From Guillardia theta CCMP2712 (lineage: Eukaryota > Protista > Cryptophyta), in assembly GCF_000315625.1 (NCBI RefSeq), contig NW_005434597.1:193605-252391 (forward strand): a stretch of DNA of 58,787 nt, written 5' to 3'. A program made the position numbers and the translations under genes. Below are positions 48,617 through 58,787 of the stretch, in pieces. The notes beneath the pieces were generated by a model, which saw only the letters and a program-made list of their open reading frames with translations, was not told where the DNA came from and ran no database searches. The stretch's first letter is position 1. Each line of letters begins with the position of its first letter.

Positions 48617-48838
48617 GTACTTTCAGGATGAATGGATGGCTATGAATCAGAGAAGGGACCAGATGAACATCCTTGAAGTTATTGAGGGTGAGGTAAGGGT
48701 GGAAAGAAGAGGAATGGGAGGAACGCGAGGGCGACGAAGACGGAGCAGGAAGAGAAGCAGAAGAAACAGAAACAGAAGAAGGATCAGGAGGATCAGGAGG
48801 ATCAGGAGGATCAGGAGGAGGAAGAAGAGCAGGAGAAC

Positions 48839-48915
<77 letters not shown>

Positions 48916-49331
48916 ACAAAATCTGGATCCGGGCGGAAGAGATCTGAGGTGGGCCTGAAAGGCAGAATTAAAATTTAGAATTTGATTCAAGCCACTATCT
49001 TGCTGTCTTTTGCGAGCCTGAGGATACAGACGAGGCAGGCTTGCTGATCCCATTTCTTGCTTCTCGGAGCAGGATCATGGCGATGGAGGGAGGTAGGGGG
49101 CAGGGAGAATGGCGGGTGAGGAGGATCTCAGGAGAGGAGGGTCAAGGTAGAGGAGGATACAGATAGACGATGATGAAGGAAGAGGATGCTTATCTACTTG
49201 AGAGGGTGGGCAGTCTTGTCCTGGTTGCCGATCGTGCATAGAAAGATCCAAGGACCAGCTGTCTCTGCTGTTGATCCAAGGGGAGGGAGCAGGAAGCGCC
49301 TGTCATGCGCGAACCACGTCGTTAGCACAGT

Positions 49332-54453
<5,122 letters not shown>

Positions 54454-54628
54454 GATCACCTCTCTCCTCTTCCGTTCCTCCTCATGCTCTCACCCTTTTC
54501 TTTCCCGTCTTCCCGCATCCCTCGCCCTCATGGCAGCTGCAGGTGGCTGGGACTGGATGATTCTCAGACGGTCCTCCTCTTCGACCTGACGGCCATGCCG
54601 TGAGCGAGCAAGGGGAATTAGCGAGAGA

Positions 54629-54630
54629 CG

Positions 54631-54666
<36 letters not shown>

Positions 54667-54750
54667 GGAGGAGGAGGAGGAGGAGGAGGAGGAGGAGGAG
54701 GAGGAGGAGGAGGAGGAGGAGGAGGAGGAGGAGGAGGAGGAGGAGGAGGA
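54629..54750. repeat. Compound microsatellite (GAT)n(GAG)n; representative of many SSR tracts, e.g. (GGAGCA)n 48840-48915 and (CTCCTG)n 54225-54320
   Basis: Direct reading. Confidence 0.95.
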
Positions 54751-54958
54751 CTGCGAGTTCTTCCGCATGCTCCTTTGGTTCTCGTCCTTTTAACATGCTT
54801 TTCTTGATGCATGAATTGTAGCAGTATGTGAGTAATTGTTTAGATTAGAGTAAAAACGCCCGCCTCAAAAACTTACTATATCTGAGAGATGGCACTGAAT
54901 ATCGATTAGGACTTCGCCCACTCGTCATACAAGACGCTGCCCTGCTCCCCTGTCGCAA

Positions 54959-57121
54959 ATGCGGCCTGTGGGCTTTGTGAGTATAGCGTTGACTGTGGCG
55001 AGCATGGCAGGAGGAGTAGGAGGAGAGGCGAGAGGAGGAGGAGGAGGAGGAGGAGGAGCAGCAGCAGCAACAACAACAAGGGCGGGGATGGGTGGTTGGT
55101 TGGACGCTGCCAACCCAGGAAGAGGAGTGGGATTATGGGGTTGGACAGCGCTGGGATCCGCCGACTTGGGGAGAGCTGGATCCGCGATTTTATCTCCCAG
55201 ACAAGGTAATGCATGCCTGCGTTTCCCTCCAACACAACCACCCTCCTACATCACCACATTCTCCAGCTCCAGCTCCAGCTCCAGCTCCAGCTCCAGCTCC
55301 TTCCTGCTCTTGCCAACTCCACCCTCGTCAAAAAGATTTGCCTTGAATTCTGCTCGCAGCCATCAAGGGCTGCCATTGCAGCTTTCTCGCTCCGCTGCAA
55401 ATGATGGCAGACGTCAAGGTAACTTTCGCCTTGCCTCGCGCTCTGCCGTGAGAATTTCTGCAAGAAACGAAGGTCGGTCGCTGAGAGGAGGAGGATACAG
55501 TCGCAAGTCCTTCCCCGAGTAAGCTGACGCTTCTCCTTCCCCTCCCTCCCCTTCGCCTTCTTTCCTACTTCTCTTCTCCTACTTCTCCTCTCCTGCTCCT
55601 CCATCTCTTGTTCTTGACATCTGGTGCAAGATTCCGAGGCAGTTCAAACAGTTGCAGTCAAGCTTCACTGAGGTCGAGCCAACGGCTCTGCTCCTACCTG
55701 ACGAGAGTAGCAGATACTGAGCAAGAAGGAGATGCCGAGCGGAGACGAACTCAAGGTCGCCCTACAGATGCTGGAGAAGAGCTCGAGGATAGGATACGAG
55801 TGGGCGTCTAAGGAGTGAGTATTGACTTCGCACTTGCTCCTGCTGATGGAACTGCGGTAGGAGGGCAGACTGGATCTTCGACATGTTGCGATCTTACCCA
55901 GAGTGAGGCTCTTCCCCCTTGTTTCTTCGCGCGATGATCAGAACTCAGCCAACCCGACGTGCAAACCTTGACGCAATACTTGAACGTCGTTGCCTCTCGC
56001 TCCTGGATGGTACAAGTGACTCAAGTCCTCCCTTTCCACGACTTATCCCGTCACTTCTAAGGGTGAAGTGACAAGAGACGATCTGCTAGCTATCGTAGAC
56101 CTTGTCTGCAAGGAGCCGATGGTCGAGGTATGCTGCTGCCCTGCTCCTCCCTCCCTCCTCAAATTCCCAGCTCCAGCTCGACTTGGAGATGTTCAATCTT
56201 CTGCTGGAGACGGCAGCTGGATGCGCACGATGTGACAACGGGGCCCGTCTGGAGGTCGGACGATGGGGTGGGAAGAGAGGAGTTGAGACTTGACTAGGAC
56301 GGGAGGATGATCTTTCATCTTTGCGAGGAGTCCGGGCTCATCCCTGTAGGGCAACTGCCGCGGTCTCCCCTCCCCTCTGACTTCACTCCAGGACCTCGTT
56401 ACATGGGCGGGGCTGCTTGACATCGTCGCCGGGTTGAGGAGCGGCGAGGCAAGGATAAGCGCTGATGCTGCTACTGCAGACTGGCCAAGAATGGTAAGGC
56501 GACTGGGAAGGAGGCAGGTAGGATTCCTCCATAGCCCGTGCGCTGCTGATAGTTGGCTGCAGCGGAGTTGTATCAGCAGTTCAGGTCATCTCGTCAGAGC
56601 AGGGTGAGGATGGGGTGAGATGTTCCTGTTGCCAGGGATGCCGGCGTAGCAAGTCCATTCATGTACAAGAGGCAAGTGAACGAGCGCGCGCGCGAAATGT
56701 TTGAATCGAGGCAGGTGGGAGCTGGATTTGCAAGATCTGGTCAGGGAGTCAGATCCTGTGAGTGCGCTTTGGACCTTTCTCATCACAGCTGACAACTGCG
56801 GACCTCAGGAAAACAAGGAGTTCAACGGAGCGACGAACTGGTTTACATTCAGGTAAGAGGGCAGGCATAGTGGATGATGCGGGTCATAAAGGAGTTCACA
56901 GGACTGAGATGAAGGGGAAGGGTTACTCCTTACAAGGTGACTGGCAACCTCTCCTCTCCCTCCTAAACGTGCTGGCAAGAACTTGGGCAGCTATGGACGA
57001 AGAGACGAAGTCAGATGGAGACGAAGAAAAGTCCACAAGGCGCCAAGAAGGAGAGAAATTACATCACGTTCGATTGAGATATTCATTGAATCGCTTTTGC
57101 AATGCTATGTACAGGGGCTGA
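54959..57121 (+). CDS. PPR-like helical repeat protein, possibly organelle-targeted; boundaries uncertain
   Basis: PPR-type starts QPDVQTLTQYLNVVA (~55950), LDLEMFNLLLETAAG (~56177), GLIP|DLVTWAGLLDIVAG (~56335/56392); hydrophobic N-terminus. Confidence 0.5.
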
Positions 57122-57976
57122 AGGATCATAACCGATTCGATGTTTGATTTCCCACTCTTGCTTCGAGTCTCTGCAAGGAGCATATCAACAAACAATCTCT
57201 CGAATCAATCTCAAGTATCACCTGAGGAAATCTAATTGCTTGGCAATTTCCGCGTCACCAACTCTGTTTGTCCATCCTCCACTCCCTCTTCGATGAATGA
57301 ACGCCTGGCTTTTCGTCGATTTCTCAGCGTTCTCGACGTATGATGTAGCATCGCTTGCAATCTTGGCCTCGCTTGCAATCGTTTCTTTTCCACGTCGTCG
57401 ACTGTTGGAAGTCTTATCGCGTTTGCTTGGCTTCTTGTCATCATACATCATCTTGACTTGGTGGATTGCATCATCCTTATCCGTGGTGTCATGAAGGATG
57501 AAGCTTTTTCTTATCCTCCTCATGAGCGAATTGAAGTTCCCTGGGCCTTGCGAGCTCGTTTCATTCTCTTGTACCCTCTCAATGTCCTGTCTCCCCTGAA
57601 TTTTGCGCTCATCACCATCCGACATGTACCCGTCGTTATCAGCGCCCCGTTGCACCTGAGGCTTCTTCTGAGCCTGTTGCCTAAATTCTGTCACGTTCAA
57701 AGAGTTTGAGAATTGTTTTTCAAGCAGGTGTCTATGTTGTGGACGTTCAGTGCTTTCCATCTTGTGCAAGAAGAGATCATCACGGTGCTTTCCCTCCCTC
57801 TTCTTCTGTCCCGCGTTCCTTCCATTCACTTTCCTCGCATGCGCTGTGTTCCTCTGAATTTCCCTCGAGTGATCTTTTGGATGGTATTCGGAGACAAGAA
57901 CTGTCGCCCCTGCTGTACAAGAAAGGCACACCAATGCCCCGATGTCTCCTGCCATCCCAAAACAGGCTGCCCCCAT
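57085..57976 (-). CDS. Hypothetical hydrophilic protein; further 5' exons possible
   Basis: 252-aa open exon 57218-57976 ending at a GT donor; probable last exon DSKQEWEIKHRIGYDPSAPVHSIAKAIQ*. Confidence 0.5.
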
Positions 57977-58787
57977 AATGCCTGCAACTATTCAATGCGC
58001 TTCTTTCCCTTGCAAGCTTTCGGAGCCCAAATGCATTACTAGACCTGCGATGAGCAAACTTGTCAATTCAAGGGCTCACACCTCCTCCTCTTTCAACTGT
58101 CTCTCTACTCTTGTGCACTTCTCGCTTCTGATCGCATTCCAATGATACGAGGTTCAGTGTGGGCACTTAAGACAGAAAGGCGTTGACACCTCTGCTCCTC
58201 AACATGGAAAGGAGCAGAAGGAGAGTACAGAGACGCGAAAGAGCAGGAGAGCAAGCAGGAGAGGAGGCGAAGATTCTAAGCAACTGACCCGATGAGCGGG
58301 TTGGCTAAGAGATAAAATCAAGAAGGGTGGAGGTAATGAGGGAGGAAAAGAGAGAAGAGATAGAGAGTGTATCAGGGATGAGAATGCAATGGAGGGAAGG
58401 AGGAGGAGGAATCCATGAGAAGGAGGGGTTGGTAACAGAGGGGGGGGGGAAAGAGAGATTACTGAGAGGGAGGTGGGGGGTGGGAAATATGGGGTTCAGG
58501 GCAGTAGGGGACAAATCCAGAGCTGAAAGGTCAGAAGAAGGACGGAAATAGTTCAAGGATGATGGGGTAATGTAAGGAGGGGAGCAAGGGCAGATAGAAA
58601 TCAGAACGAATCGAGAAGAGTCAAGTTTGAGAAGGAATGAGGAAAGAGGAGGGCGGAGAAAGGAGGATTTTTGAGCAATGAAGAAAGATCAGGGAGGGGG
58701 GCAGAGGGAAAGAGGAACCAAGAAAGCTGGGTGAGCTTGGGGGTTGGGGGGCGGGGGTGGTGAGGGAGGGAAGGGAGGGAGGGAGGG

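Overview
Intron-rich eukaryotic nuclear DNA, probably from a cryptophyte-like alga with a complex plastid. This is inferred from ~45-55 nt GT-AG introns, microsatellite-expanded longer introns and signal-peptide + 'AF/GF' bipartite presequences. I hand-spliced about 19 protein genes. Recognisable ones: CS/p23-domain protein, Leu/Val/Phe dehydrogenase, TALE homeodomain-PB1 fusion, DUF2961/GH172 hydrolase, transaldolase, 2OG-Fe(II) oxygenase with a thioredoxin-like tail, a divergent giant-virus-like TBP, MDP-1 phosphatase, CaMK with EF hands, RPS24, NRS/ER, a GT32-methyltransferase multidomain protein and a PPR-like protein. The rest are hypotheticals. Most ORF-track entries are microsatellite or antisense artefacts. 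Highlights: (1) an intron-containing TBP-fold gene with NCLDV-type motifs; (2) the TALE-PB1 fusion; (3) an intergenic pattern that tracks gene orientation, with ACCCC blocks at 5' ends, GC-rich GAGTC blocks with a recurring CTCACTGAGTCA 12-mer at tandem junctions, and almost nothing at convergent junctions; (4) a hAT-like MITE and a 38-bp inverted repeat pair bracketing the dehydrogenase gene. Exon boundaries and 5' ends are manual estimates and no database searches were run.
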